Shown: positions 11,800 through 30,285 of the stretch, one piece after another
Numbering within the stretch: the stretch's first letter is position 1
Layout of the letters: every line of letters starts with the position of its first letter
Assembly: GCF_009914755.1 (NCBI RefSeq)
Contig: NC_060928.1
DNA length: 64,000 bases
Origin: the human T2T-CHM13v2.0 reference genome, Homo sapiens
Strand: one strand, 5' to 3'
The notes under the pieces: model-generated
Database searches by the model: none
The model's input: the letters and a program-made list of their open reading frames with translations, nothing else
What the model was told of the DNA's origin: nothing
Program-made: the position numbers and the translations under genes

Positions 11800-14700
11800 G
11801 TTTCCCCGCCCCCAACATATAATGGATTAGAGGCTTTTAGCATGCTTCAGCCACTTGGAAATAACAAAACAGTGCATAAAAATCAATTCTGTGAGCTTTA
11901 ATTCAACAAGGAAAATGAGAATCCACCAGAATCACGAAGGACACCCCAGATCCTGGGGAGAACACCGGCAAAGAGTACCCATGATGGCATCTGACTGTTA
12001 AAAGTGAGTGAAGCCCTCGGAAGTGAGAGAGGAAGACAGCCTCCCTCTCTGCTGAACCTTTCCAGTAGTAATCCGAGCAACCCTGGACGAACGAGAGGAT
12101 TGTGTTTCTCCCAAGACCTGGAACTAATGGGGAGAGGCTTGGACATGCTGTGAGGAAAAGATACTGGGAAAAGCTGCAGACATCTACCGTAGACACAGGA
12201 CGAAAAGCAGGACGCCATTTTTAATCCAGGTGCGTACAAAATCTGCCATTCTTTGGCAACTCTACAGCGTGACTGCATAGGCATTTTAGTGTCGGGCCAG
12301 AGATTAGAGCACCCACCCTGGAGTGGGGCAAGGACCTTCACAGCCAGAATTGTGCAGTGCCTCAGCAGCAGGTGCTGGAATTGGGTTCTCCCCGCGCACA
12401 GTATGGAGCCGGAGGATAGCTGCTACAGTTGCAATTTCTCCGGGGCAGCAAGACTTGCAGCCAAGTCCAGCTTGGCAACCTAAAACTGGTCTGTGTGTGC
12501 CATTGCTGGGAGCCCCAGCCTGCTTCCCTAAAATTGCGGTCCAGTGGTGCCCTCTCTGCTTCATATCCAGGCAGATCTCCAGGCATTTGGAATACCCATT
12601 AAGTTGGATTGGCAGCCTAATGCTCCCCACTTTTCATGTGCAGAGACCCTGGGGCAGAGAGGCTGTCTCTGCTTCATGTCCATGCAAATCTCCAGGCATT
12701 CAGAGCACCCACTCATCTGTTACAGCAGCTTAAGCCATCCCACCCTTCCTGGGCTTAGAGGAGGATGGTGCATTGGGGCTGTCTCCGTTCTGCGTTCAGG
12801 CAGATGTCTGGGCATGTGGAGCACCTGCTTGCTTGGTTCAGCAGCCTCAGTTAACCCACCCTTTCTGTGCAGAGATATTGGTGCAGGGGCCCTTCTCTAC
12901 TCCATTCCCAGGCAAATCTCCAGGCATCTGGAGCACCCATTCTCCTGGTTTAGTAGCTCAGGTCATCCCCCCTAAGGGTACAGAACTTGAGGCTGAGAGT
13001 ATTTCCCAGGTCCATTCCTAGGCACACCTCAGGGCACTTGGTGGCCACCCACTGGATTCTTCCTTGATGCTGGTCTTTGTGCCTGTCATGGGGGGACCTA
13101 TAGGCGGACCTGCCTGGTCCAGCTTCAGTCATCATGGCCCTCATCCCCCAAAGGCAGAGCAGGGAGCTCAGATCACTATTCATGCCACTAAACAGTCCAT
13201 TGCCTGCGGCAACAGAGCTTCTCCCGGTAAATAAGGATCAGGTATATATCTAGCTGCATTGGCCACAGCCAACTTTCATCCAGAAGTGCCCCCTTTTTGC
13301 TTGTAGGTCACACTGCACAGCCCAATATAAAACCTGCTGAAATAAGTGCATAGGGCTATAGAAGCAAAGCCAAAAGACCATACTCAGCATTCTTTGCAGT
13401 CACAGTCACACCCAATAGTGATGGGGTAAGAGGGAAAAGGAAAGAAAAAAATCCCAATAGTATTACAGAGAAAGAAAAATATTTTATCCACACAAAAGTA
13501 ATTACAATAATTAGAAGTGCTGACATCTCTAGATGAGAAGAAACCGGTATAAGAATTCTGACACTGTGAAAAATCTGAATGTAGAGACACCACTAAAGAA
13601 TTGCATTAGCTGTCGAACAATAGAGTCTAACCAAAATGAAAACTGAGAAATGACAGATAAAGAATTCAAAGCACAGATTACAAGGAAGCTCAATTATATC
13701 CAAGACAAGGTTGAAAATCAACACAAAGAAACTTCTAAAGCAGTTCCTGGAATGAAGGAAGAGATAAATGTATTAAAAAGAAATCAATTGGAGCTAATGG
13801 GATTAAAAACTCACTTAAGGAATTTCAAAGTACAATTGAAACTTTTATCAATAGACTAGATCAAGCAGAAGAAAGGATTTCAGAGCCTGAAAACTGAAAG
13901 TCTTTTGAACTAACCCAGTCAAATATAAAGAAAAAAGAATTTAAAAAATAAAATGAATGTTTGAGAAGTATGGTTTTATGTAGTGATCAAATCTATGAAT
14001 TATTGGTGTTTCTGAGAGAGAAGGAGAAAAAGTAAACAACCTGGAAAATATGCTTGAGGGAATGATTCAATAAAATGTTTCTAATTTTCCTAGAAATCCA
14101 GAGAACACCTGCGAGATACTACACAAAATGAACCCCACAAAGGCATGTAGTCATCAGACTGTCTATGATCGATGCTAAAGAAAAAAATCTTAAAAATACC
14201 TAGAAAAAATGGACAGATCATGTACAGATAGATTCCTATCAGGCTAACAGCAGAGTTCTCAACAGAGTCTTATAAGCCAGGAGAGATTAGGGGCCTATTT
14301 TCAGCATACTTAAACAAAAGAACCAACCAAATTCCAACCGAGAATTTTATATTCTGCCAAACTAAGCTTCATAAGCAAAGGAGAAATAAAATCTTTTCCA
14401 GAAAAGCAAGCACTAAAGGAATTTGTTACCACTAGACTAGCCTTACAAGAGATCCTTAAGGGAGTCCTAAGCAAGGAAGTGAACAAATTTTGCTACCACA
14501 AAAATTATGTGAGTATATAGCCCACAGACCCTATAAAGAAATCACGCAATGAAAACTACAGAACAACCAGCTAAAATTGTTTTGATAGGATCAAAACCTC
14601 ACATATCAATATTAACCTCAAATGTAAATAGCTGAAATGCCCTCACTTAAGAGGCACAGAGTGGCAAGCTGGATTAAAACAAGAACCATCTATCTGCTGT

Positions 14701-15845
14701 CTTCAATAGACTTATCTCACAGGTAATGACACCAATAGGCTAAAAGTACAGAGTTGGAGAAAGTCCTATCATGCAAACAGAAAACAAAAAAGAACATCAG
14801 TTTTTACTTTCATATCAGATAAAACAGACCTTAAACCAACAATAGTGAAAAAGAACAAAGAAGGGCATTATATAATGATAAAGGTTTCAATTCAACAAGA
14901 AGATTTAACTACCTTAAATATATACACATCCAACATTGGAGCACCCAGATTCATGAAACAAGTACGTCTACACCTACAAAGAGACTTAGCCACACAATAA
15001 TAGTGGGGGACTTCAACACTCCCCTAATAGCATTAGAAAGTTAGACAGATTATCAAGGCAGAAAACTAACAAATTATGGACTTAAACTTGATACTTGACC
15101 AATTTGACCTAATACCTACAGAATACTCCACCCATCAACCACTGAATATACATCTTTTCTTCCACATATGGAACATACTCCAAGATTGACCATACACTCA
15201 GCCATAAAGCAAGTCTCAGTAAATGAGAAAAAAAATTAAAATCACACCAACCATCCTCTTGGACCATAGTGGACTAAAAATAGAAATCAAAATCAAGAAG
15301 GTCTGTAAACGAAATAATTACATGGAAATTAAACAACTTGTTCCTGAATGACTTTTGGGTAAACAATGAAATTAAGGTAGAAATAAAAAAAACTTCTTTG
15401 AAGTAAATGGAAACAGAGAGACTCAACAGACCAAAATCTCTACCATGCAGCTAAAGCAACCTTAAAAGGAAAGTTTGTAGCACTAGATACCTACATCAGA
15501 AAGTTAGAAAGATTTCAAATTAATGATCTAACATCACTCCTACAGGAAACAGAAAATCGAGAACAAACTAAACCCCAAATCTAGAAGCAGAAAAGAAATA
15601 ACTATGATCAGAGTGAAACTGGGCCCTCATGGAAATAAAGAAGGCAGCAATAGAAATTGAGAACTACTTGAGTGGAGAAGTATGGAGAGAGGCAAGGATC
15701 AAAAAATTAACTATTGGGTATTATGTTCAGTACCTCAGTGATGGGATCCTTCATATCCCAGGTCACAGCATTATGAAACATACCCAGGAAACAAACCTGC
15801 ACATGTGCTCTCTGAATCTAAAATAAAAGTTTGGAAAAAAAATAA
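11800..15845 (+). mobile_element. L1PA15-17-like LINE-1 with 5' UTR, decayed ORF1, ORF2 endonuclease region, a large internal deletion, then 3' UTR
   Basis: GC-richer 5' UTR 11800-13400; ORF1 remnant MTDKEFKAQITRKLNYIQDKVENQHKE; ORF2 start region ataggatcaaaacctcacatatcaatattaacc at ~14585; 3' UTR from 15621 ending ctgaatctaaaataaaagtt plus A tail. Confidence 0.9.
12560..13055 (+). repeat. Diverged ~110-115 bp tandem array inside the L1 5' UTR (4 units plus 1 partial)
   Basis: Core caggcaRatctccaggcatYtggagcaccc recurs at ~12568, 12682, 12797, 12909 and weakly at 13018. Confidence 0.8.
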
Positions 15846-17564
15846 AGCAAAGAAATACTAACAAATGAATCTCCTTATTCATGTGTATGTATGTATGGGT
15901 GCATATAGACCCGTGCATTCATATATACATTTGTGTATTGTATGAATACCAGGAAAAGATGAAAAGATTCATCAGTAGGTAATGAATAATACTGGAAACA
16001 GGTGGAGCTGATTGGTGGTGATAAGGAAGAAGACAGGAGAGCAGAACAAATTTAAAAAAGAAAAGATGGATGGAAATTAAAATATTGTATGTGTTTACAC
16101 TTATATGTAAAATTAAAAATATGTCCATATATTGGAATTAAAGTTCAAATAATATAATGTAAGTTATAAATAAATATTGCCTTTAATGTCATTTTTCCGA
16201 TTCCAAAAATAATCAACACTAATATAAAAAAGAAATAAATGTTTTTCTTTAAAAACATGTACTTTAAAATAAGATAGTCTTATCAACAGATTAAACTATT
16301 CTAGTTAATCTTTCATTATTTCTCTTTTTGGGATCTCACAAAATAACATTTCCTTTTTGGTAAAAGAAAGTTTATTAATATTAATAACCTATCAGTTATG
16401 TAAAATTATACACTTTGCTTCTTTGAAAATTCTACTTCATAGTTTTCTATTTTTTAATGGTTTTCAGATTAATTTGAAGCAAGATTGAGGAAGGTTATTT
16501 TATGCACAACTCCACAGCTTTAATTGCAACATTTATCATATGAGAACTCTAGCTGCCAAGAATGTGTTGGCACTAGGCAAATGTATAGCTTGTCCACAGG
16601 GATTTTATTATCCAACATCAAGGAATGTCTGCAACACAGTGGTCATTGTCACTGAGAGCTTCCTCTAGGCAGTAGAATAACAAGCTTGAGAAGAGAATAC
16701 ATAGAAATTTAATTTAATTAAAATATTCTTTTAGTATGGTACGTGTTTTGTACAATCCTTTTATAATGGATTACCATACATAAATATTAATACACTAAGT
16801 CACCACAGTCTTCAAATCATTGTTATTATAGAATGCAAAAATCCTTAAGAATATCAACATTATTATGAGTAATAATATTACTCATATCATTAGTATTAAA
16901 AACAATTATCTAAGACTTTACTGCTCATTCTAAATTTTAAGGACATAAATGGATCATGCTACACCTATGATTACTCCTAAAATGTTTTTCCTGCATTATA
17001 AACTAATGAACAAATTTTAAAAATTAATATATAACTTATTTCAATCAAGTTTCTAAAAGAAGAGTAAAAGTCTTCCATAAAATTTGTCTATAATACAGAA
17101 TAAAAAAGAGATTTTCATAGCTGTATTATAATAATTGTGAGATGTGTTGTTCACTACCAGTAATAATGCAAAGTTTGGGTTTTTTTTTTAAAGTTCCAGA
17201 TCACAGAAATTAATTGATTTAGTTTGTAAAGTAAAATATCTTCCTTTAAAATATGTACAGATATGTAATAAACTACAAAGAAACATTTCTACTTGCTTCA
17301 ATAAGAATATGCTTTTTCAAATGGGAAAAAAACCTTTATACTGGTAAGTATATGCCAGTTCATTTCACCTATACTCTGCCTATTTTTTTTCTGAGAAAAG
17401 AGGCTAACAACTCTTGTGAATATGTAATATGAAGATTGTTAGTTATGTGAATCTCTACAGAAGATACAAGAAAAGAAATTTATTGTGAACAATCAGCTTA
17501 CCAGTCATGATTGGACATTGTCTGTAGTTACCTAACTTTTTCTATATAAAGAGCTAGTATAGTG

Positions 17565-17605
17565 TTTGTGTGTGCACGTGTGTGTGTGTGCGTGTGTGTG
17601 TGTGT
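17565..17605. repeat. (TG)n microsatellite, interrupted
   Basis: gtgtgtgcacgtgtgtgtgtgtgcgtgtgtgtgtgtgt. Confidence 0.95.
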
Positions 17606-18450
17606 AGCTGTTAGGGAGGAGCTGATAGATAAAAAGAAGCTAAGCATGTCAGCATATGTACCAAGAAAATGTCTTAAGAATATGTAGTATATGCAAAAGA
17701 TGTGCTAAAAGATACATCAAAATACATTTTTATGTGCAATTTCCTTGTTTTCATAATGGACCATGACTAAGCTGGGGGTTTAGGAAGCCACAAAAAAAAC
17801 ATGGTTCATCTTTCAAGAACATTAATTTTTCTTGAGACATTCGTGGTGAAAATACCCAATTCCACTTCCACTCCCCTATGCTGATGTATATTAGGGGCAG
17901 CCATGTGAAAAGCCTCAAGTCGAAAAAATGTGAGATTATGTCTTGAGGGACTTCATGGGAAAACAATGTGGTCAGTGTCAATACTTTACTTTTTTTTCTT
18001 ACCTAGGACAAATATACATACTAGAGTTTAATAAGCTGTCTGCAACCATAAGTTAAGAAACCTACAGAATAAGGATTACACAGCAGAAATGTGGAGTCTT
18101 TTCCTTTATGAAATCATTGAGAACCCTCACTATTCCTAAATTTCTTCCAATTTCTCTTGTAAGGGAAAAAAATCTAGTAAATTGTATTCAGTTATATCAC
18201 TATTACTGTTATTTACTTGTAATTGAAATACTCCTGAGTAGTGCACAAAGGAAGCTAATTGACATAACTTGTAATTTAAAACATTTTGCATTACATTAAA
18301 TATTGATATCATAGAGTGGAAAGAAACATTTATTTATTTTTTTGTTACACCAGAGAATTTCAAAGAATTTTCACACTCACTAAAGGCCACTTCATAATAC
18401 CATTATACACTCTAAATTTCTGGAGAAATTGTCTATTTTCCTTATACTCG

Positions 18451-18778
18451 TATATATATTTATATATATATATATACCTTATATATATATATACACACCA
18501 TATATATATATACACCATATATATATGTGTATATATGTATATATGTGTATATATTTGTGTATATATATACACGTATGTGTATACATATGTATATATATAT
18601 ACACACCATATATAATATGGTGTATATTTATGGTGTATATATGGTGTATATATATATATGGTGTGTGTATATATATACATATGTATACACATATGTATAT
18701 ATATACACAAATATATACACATATATATATACATATATACACATATATATATACACACCATATATATATATATATATG
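18451..18778. repeat. Compound (TA)n/(TG)/(CA) repeat containing a long inverted repeat
   Basis: About 330 bp of alternating purine-pyrimidine sequence; arms 18517-18614 and ~18648-18752 are near reverse complements. Confidence 0.95.
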
Positions 18779-19374
18779 CAAACGAAGGTCTTGACAAGTA
18801 TACACTTTCCACAGTTTCATAAAATTGTTGTCTATCAGTATTATTATTTTCAGCATTTTATTGGATTAATATTAGTATTACTTAAAAGTGATGCATATTT
18901 GGAAGCTAATAATGATAAAGTGTCTGGGTGAGATCAAAGTGAAGTAAGAGTCAGAGATGGAGAGGGAGAGAGACAGAAAGAGAGAACTGTAATAAAACGT
19001 AAAAAGTATTAGAGAGAAACCATAGTCAGTAACAAATCTGCATAGCCAGAAGTCAAGGAGCAGGAGTCTGAGCTGGTGAGCTTACACGTGATGGGACAAG
19101 AAACATCAAAGAAATATCAAAGGCTTTCTTCCTTTTGAATCTGTGTCTTAGGACTGTAGTTGAGCTTGTCTGTGTTTCAAAAAGCCCATTCCTATAGGGC
19201 TGAGGAGCAGCATGTGACCTGGTAGCAGAGTTCTACCTCAGATCATGCAGGTTTAGAATAGTACATGGATTAATGATTACTGACACTTTCCTAAGTTATT
19301 TTTAACTTATACCAAAGCCTGAAATTGTACCATTGCCAATAACTACAAGTAAAATTTTTCTTGTCTATTTCTTT

Positions 19375-20310
19375 CATTTTAGCCATGGCAGAGTAACTGG
19401 TACTAGATATACTCTTCTGCCTAAATCGGTAAAACTGGGCACAGTAAGACAACTGTTTTCAGATACTAGACACAGACCACGCAGGACTTCAAAAAAAGCA
19501 CCAGCTTCTTCCCATATTGACACCAACTTTCTTCTGGAGTCATTTTTAGCCATGGTGAAGGGAAGTAGAGACCAAGTAGGGCATGCCAGATGTTTTGTGT
19601 TCCCCAAAGGCAAATACATTTTCTATCTCCTGAGTTGGCTAGAATTTGTGAGAAATTTAGCGGAAGGATAGAGTAACAAAGAAGGCAGTCCCAAAAGTCT
19701 ACATGTGGCTTTCCTGCAAGTACTTGGTTGAGGATGGGGCTACACACACAGGAAAAGCAAGATTCCAGTAGGTTAAGTATATCAGGGACATGTTGGAGTG
19801 CCAGCCTAATCAGCGTAGAGAGACCTGAGACCTCATTGGATATTTCCAAATATTTGGTTAAGACTCTGTAAAAGCCACTTCTTAGAAGTTTAAGGACCAT
19901 GACCCAAAGGCAACGTTATGGAACTAGGGATGAAAGGGACATAGAACAGAGAATAAAAATCAATCTTGACTGGTTGATAACTTAATTGCCTGCCAGAACA
20001 ATTCTCAACACACTTTAAGGCAGGATTGGCCAATTTTTTTCTGTAGAGTGACAAATGGTAAATATTTTAGACCTGGGGACGCAAGAATATGTCACAACTA
20101 GTCAGTTCTGCCACTGCAGACTCGAAGTAGCCATAGACAACAGCTGAATAAAAGTGTAGCTATGTTCCAACAATAAAATATTATTTACAAAAAAGCAGGT
20201 GTTAGAACAGCTTTGATCCCATATTTCGCTGAGAAGACAAATATAATTCAGCAAGGGGGATAACATATCCAGGCTCCCTAAAACATTTTCACTATTTCTA
20301 GTGTAAACAA
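19375..20310 (+). mobile_element. Ancient L1M(E)-type 5' end fragment
   Basis: agccatggcagagtaactggtactaga...acaactgttttcagatactagac resembles old L1 5' ends. Confidence 0.5.
20021..20231 (+). mobile_element. MER58A-like hAT-Charlie MITE
   Basis: caggattggccaattttttctgta...gtaaatattttagac...gtcacaactagtcagttctgccactgca...gtagccatagacaa...gctatgttccaa. Confidence 0.85.
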
Positions 20311-21674
20311 ATATTATTCTTTAACCCAAGAAATTTCACTTTTAATCTTTGGTGTGGATCAAGAAGCAGAGTTCATTTAGGAAAGGGTACCTACTTCTGA
20401 CTATTCAGTGGAATGTCAGATATTTGGTGGTCATTAGTCTATCATTAATGAGCATGCTCATATAAATATAAATATGTAAATGCCAAATTATTTTCAATAA
20501 AAGCTTCAATATTAGTAATGTGATACATGTTTACAGTTGAAACATCAACTGTCAATGATGAAGTGACTGTGAAAATTGAATTTCCTAAAACCCCTTCCCA
20601 TCTTACTACTGTTTCTAGAAGGAATCATTTATATTATTTACATTACATTATTCCATAATTTTTTTCTGATAGTTATTTTCATGTATCTGGCTTATTTGCC
20701 TATGTATTCTTCCTTGCTTTAATCAAATTCAATCATTATCCATTTACACTTCCCTCTTATATGTGAGATTTTGGCCCTCCTCCATAAATCCCATTTGTCC
20801 ACTTTCTATTCTTTCTATACAATAATATTACTATTTTAATTTTTCAATAAATATAGAATTCTTATTTTTATAATTAAGCAAATGTTACAGAGTCAAGATA
20901 AACTCTATATTTTATTCTTGTTTATTATTATTATTTCTTTCTTTTTCACTTGTAGAACTTTCAACTTTTTTATAAGAATTTTTATGTTTATTCAAAATAT
21001 GCATAAAATCAAATATTTTGTGAATTCTTAGTTGTGTGTGTGTGTGTTTGCAAGCATGTGTGTGGGAGATTTGTTTATTTATTGTATTTTATTGTCTATA
21101 TCTACCACAAGCTTTACTATCCAGTATGGGCTATTCTTTAAACATATTCCACATCATTTTCTGGGTTTCCCTTAAATTATATACTTGATGAGCCAATTTG
21201 TTGAGTTCATTTTATTTTCTTTTGACTTTCAACTTTTTAGTTTTATTAGAGAATAGTATCCAATAACTTCTTAAGAGAGTGTCACTCTACAAAAAAACAA
21301 ATTTTACAAGACACATTGTATCTCCTCAGTTTAAAGATAAACTGTTTTCAACATATCTGAAATTAAGATGTATTGTTTTCAATTGATAGTGCTTTAAAAT
21401 CACTCTCATCTAGGCAGCAGGATTTGTATAGCGATCATTGTTAGTGTATGGACTGAACTTACTCAAAAATCAGCTGTTGATAATTTTCTGTAAGATAGCA
21501 AGCAATCACCTGTAAAATTTATGAAAAAGGTGATAGTCGCTTTGCAGCATCATTATCATCTTGATGTCACACAACAATATTGTATACTAAACCAAAGATA
21601 TTGATTATTCTGAGACAAAAATGATTCACAAAATCACACCCTATATTTAAAAAAATCCAATAGTTTAATATTTT

Positions 21675-24005
<2,331 letters not shown>

Positions 24006-24790
24006 AAACTAATTTATTTCAGTCATCTCTTTATTTTTCAAAACATAAGAATCTATATCTAAAGAAAATTAAACAGTTTGTCCACAGTTACAAAATAAAC
24101 ATTCTAAATGATAATAAAGCTTGCACAATAGTTTTCTTAGCAGTGGTTTTTCTTTCTTAGTGATTCATACATATGATATGTCTTATAACCAATTTGATGA
24201 AATATAGTACAGATGGACGTATAGAAAAAAAAGCAATGATATAGTTTATCTAAAACTATATGTGTATTAGAGTTGCGCTATTATGAAACCAGGCCAAAAA
24301 CAAGGCACATATATTTTAGTAAACACATTTTGTCTTTTTCTCATACTTTAAAAAAACTTTATTGGTTACTTACTTTTTGTCAGTAATGATTTTAAGTAAT
24401 TGCACATGTATTTTTATAAATAGCAAGAAAATACTGTTTAAAAAACAATTAAAATCAAAAATAACATTTCCCACTTAATTGAGAATTTTCCCAGAAATTT
24501 TTCACCCTCTGAGGAGATGTTGAGCACTTTAACAGTTTCATTATATAAAGTTGCAATACGAGTTTTGCAACTGCACACAATGTTAAATTCAAGATAGAAT
24601 ACTTGTCTTATTTTCTTAGCAGTGCTCTAACTATAGTGTGTGATTAACAAATGTAAGAAATCCTTAATAATATTTACATATGTTTCATGAAGTAGCTTTA
24701 GGATATGGAAAGTAAAATAATATTAATTTTAACAATAATAATTCATAGAATTATGTACAGTTCACTTGTAGGAAAAAGAGTGAATGTGGA

Positions 24791-25086
24791 TTTTTTTTTT
24801 TTTTTTTGAGACAGAGTCTCACTCTGTCACCCAGCCTACAGTGCAGTGGCACGATCTCGGCTCACTGCAACCTCCGCCTCTCGGGTTCAAGCAATTCTCT
24901 GGCCCAGCCTCCTGAGCAGCTGGGATTACAGGCGCCTGCCACCATGCTCGGCTAATTTTTGTATTTTTAGTAGAGACGGGGTTTCACCATCTTTGCCGGG
25001 CTAGTCTTGAACTCCTGACCTCGTGATCCACCTGCCTTGGCCTCCCAAAGTGCTGGGATTGCAGGCGTGAGCCACCGTGCCTGGCC
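24791..25086 (-). mobile_element. AluS (Sg/Sc-like)
   Basis: Full antisense Alu, gacctcgtgatcc variant; TSD aat(g/t)tggattttt. Confidence 0.95.
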
Positions 25087-25199
25087 AAATTTGGATTTTT
25101 AAAAATGTTACAGGCCTATAAAGAGAAAACTTATTCCCACGAGTATTCCATAATCCACAATTTAAAAATCATGAGTGAATACGAGTCTGATTTATTTCA

Positions 25200-25330
25200 G
25201 TGTTTCTCATGTCTGCTTGTACATTCAAATACCCTGGAAGGTTTTCATAGGAATCAAATTACATGAATGCCAACCAAGAGCAATAAAATTAGAATCTCTG
25301 GAGCTGCCATATAGGCACTTGCACTTTTTT
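25200..25330. mobile_element. MER5-type hAT-Charlie fragment
   Basis: aaattagaatctctggagctg...aggcacttgcactttt. Confidence 0.55.
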
Positions 25331-25334
25331 CAGT

Positions 25335-25475
25335 TTATCCTGAATTTGAATACTGTCTTACATTTTGGACCTACATTTTTAGACAAGTTACCTAAACTCC
25401 ATAAGCTTTAATGTGCTCCTCTGTTAAATGGATGATAACAATTTCTACCCCACAGAAGTTGTTCTGAATTGTTGT
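25335..25475 (+). mobile_element. MIR fragment
   Basis: agacaagttacctaaactc...ctcctctgttaaatggatgataaca. Confidence 0.7.
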
Positions 25476-25569
25476 TAAGTTGGCATTATTCCCAATGGTG
25501 TCCTTTACAATGCAGAGAAGAAATGTTAAACCATGTTTATGAGAATCCATCCCCCTGTATGATAACTAA

Positions 25570-28508
<2,939 letters not shown>

Positions 28509-28885
28509 TACACTATGGAATACCATTCAGCCATAAAAAGAATGAAATTATGTCCTTTGCAGGGACATGGATGCAGCTGGAGGCCATTATCCTTAGCAAA
28601 CTAACACAGGAACGGAAAACCAAATAACACATGTTGTCACTTATAAGTGGAGCTAAATGATGAGAACACATGAACACACAGAGGGGAACAACATACCATG
28701 GGGCCTATCGGAGGGTGGAGGGTGGAAATGGAGAAAGGATCAGGAAAAATGACTAATGAGTACTAGGCTTAATACCTGGGTGATGAAATACTCTGTAAAA
28801 TAAGCCCTCATGACACAAGTTTACCTATGTTACAAACCTGCACATGTACTCTTGAACTGAAAATGAAAGTTAGAAAATTGTTTTT
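28509..28885 (+). mobile_element. Older L1PA13/15-like 3' end, whose first ~22 nt lie at 25581-25602
   Basis: ataaagaaagtgtggtacaaat (25582-25603) joins acactatggaatacc (28510) to restore L1 consensus wording; 3' UTR ggatcaggaaaaatgactaatgagtactaggcttaatacc. Confidence 0.88.
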
Positions 28886-29789
28886 TAAAAATTAGAATAT
28901 TATAAGGCAAACTAATGTTATAATTTGGCAAGAGGAATAGGAATAAATTATGCAATTCCTGAAGGGGGTTATGGTCGGATGTGTTGACAAATATAAGATA
29001 CACAAAGCTTGAAATTGCTTATCTCTCACCTGCTTTGATGCTGTTAACAGAAACAGGCAGGCTATTTCTGAAGATCTCAGCAGGTTCCTTTGACAATCAC
29101 GTGCTCCAGTAGTTTTGGCTAAGGTCTTAAACCACCTTGATTTTCTGGCTGCATTTCTTGGCCTTTGTTGATTACCTGGCTGACCTTTGTTTCCCTACAT
29201 CTTCTTTTCTTTTCTGTAAACTCTAATCCCTATGTTAAAGCCTTTCATTCTATTAACCTGACTGAACCTAAATAATATAGCCTTATGGGAAAGTTTAAGA
29301 AGATAACATGTGGACTATGGACCGCTAGTGTTCACATTCAAGTAATCTGTCTCAGATTCCAGTGTATTTATCCTCAAGTTTTGCTATGATATATTATCAG
29401 AGAGAAATGAACTTAATAACATCTAGTTCCTTTAACATTCAACCTGGTGTCAGCTCCCTAGAAAAATCCTAATAATGGTTTGCCTCACTGATTAATTTTA
29501 AATTAAAACTCACTTAGATACATGTGTAATGCTTTAAAAGAAAATTAATCTAAAATCAAACTAAGCATATACCCTGAGGCTTGGAAGAAACGTAACTATA
29601 ATCTTAATAAGAGCTAATAAAGTTCTCTGTATTTTTGTATTGTTCTGTTGATTATTGATTTCCAATAGCATTCAAATTTGATCAAAGCTTCATCTAGTTT
29701 TCTTTCTGAATTAGCTCCTGTGGCCAATGCTAAAGCTTTACAAACACTACAGGATATATTTTTTTAAATTACTCTGTAGCCAGAAGCAG

Positions 29790-30285
29790 TGATATCGAAG
29801 CTAACCCAATAGCCCCATCGACTGTTCTTTCAGATAAACATAGAAATTGACCTTTCTAGTCTTAAATCTTGAAACTTGTATTTGTTTTATCTGAGTTCCT
29901 TCCTCAGGAAAGGACCTTTGGGCAGCAAGGAAGGAAGGAAGGAAGGAAGGAAAGAAGGAAGAAAGGAAGGAGAAAAATAAATTATCCAAGAACTGAAACT
30001 CACCAGATCACCACATCCGTGAGATCCCGGACCCCTCATTCATCCTTATTGCTTCCTTGCCCCCTCCCTAGTTTCTACTTTCTTACACATTGTTACATTT
30101 CTTCCCTGCTATTTAAACCCCTAGTTTTGGCCCATCAGGGAGATGGATGTAAGACTGAGCTCGATCTCCTTGGCTGTAGCACCTAATTAAAGCCCTCTTC
30201 CTTGGCAATACTTGTCATCGCAGTGATTGGCTTACTGTGCAGTGAGCAGCAGGACCTAGGCCAAATCCCTGGTGTTTTGGTAACA
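29790..30285 (+). mobile_element. ERV1 MER4-group solo LTR (MER66-like)
   Basis: TG...CA; TATA-like tatttaaa at ~30110; attaaa poly(A) signal at ~30186; ends gcaggacctaggccaaatccctggtgttttggtaaca. Confidence 0.8.
29927..29972 (+). repeat. (GGAA)n microsatellite inside the LTR
   Basis: Six perfect GGAA units at 29929-29952, then degenerate units. Confidence 0.95.

Noticed and set aside
11898-13183. Cluster of ORFs up to 147 aa in a GC-richer region, and CRISPR-like periodicity
   Set aside because: The region is an L1 5' UTR with diverged tandem units. The spacers are homologous to each other, there are no cas genes, and the DNA is eukaryotic.
17180-18065. Splice-like signals (ctg|gtaagt at ~17343; a possible minus-strand 59-nt exon at 18003-18061)
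   Set aside because: Isolated motifs with no coherent ORF or exon chain; lncRNA exons cannot be called without transcript data.
18316-18931. Five overlapping 99-150 aa Y/I-rich ORFs
   Set aside because: Artefacts of a stop-poor TA repeat.
19333-19900. Overlapping 112-144 aa ORFs
   Set aside because: They lie in an ancient L1 5'-end remnant and show no recognisable domain.
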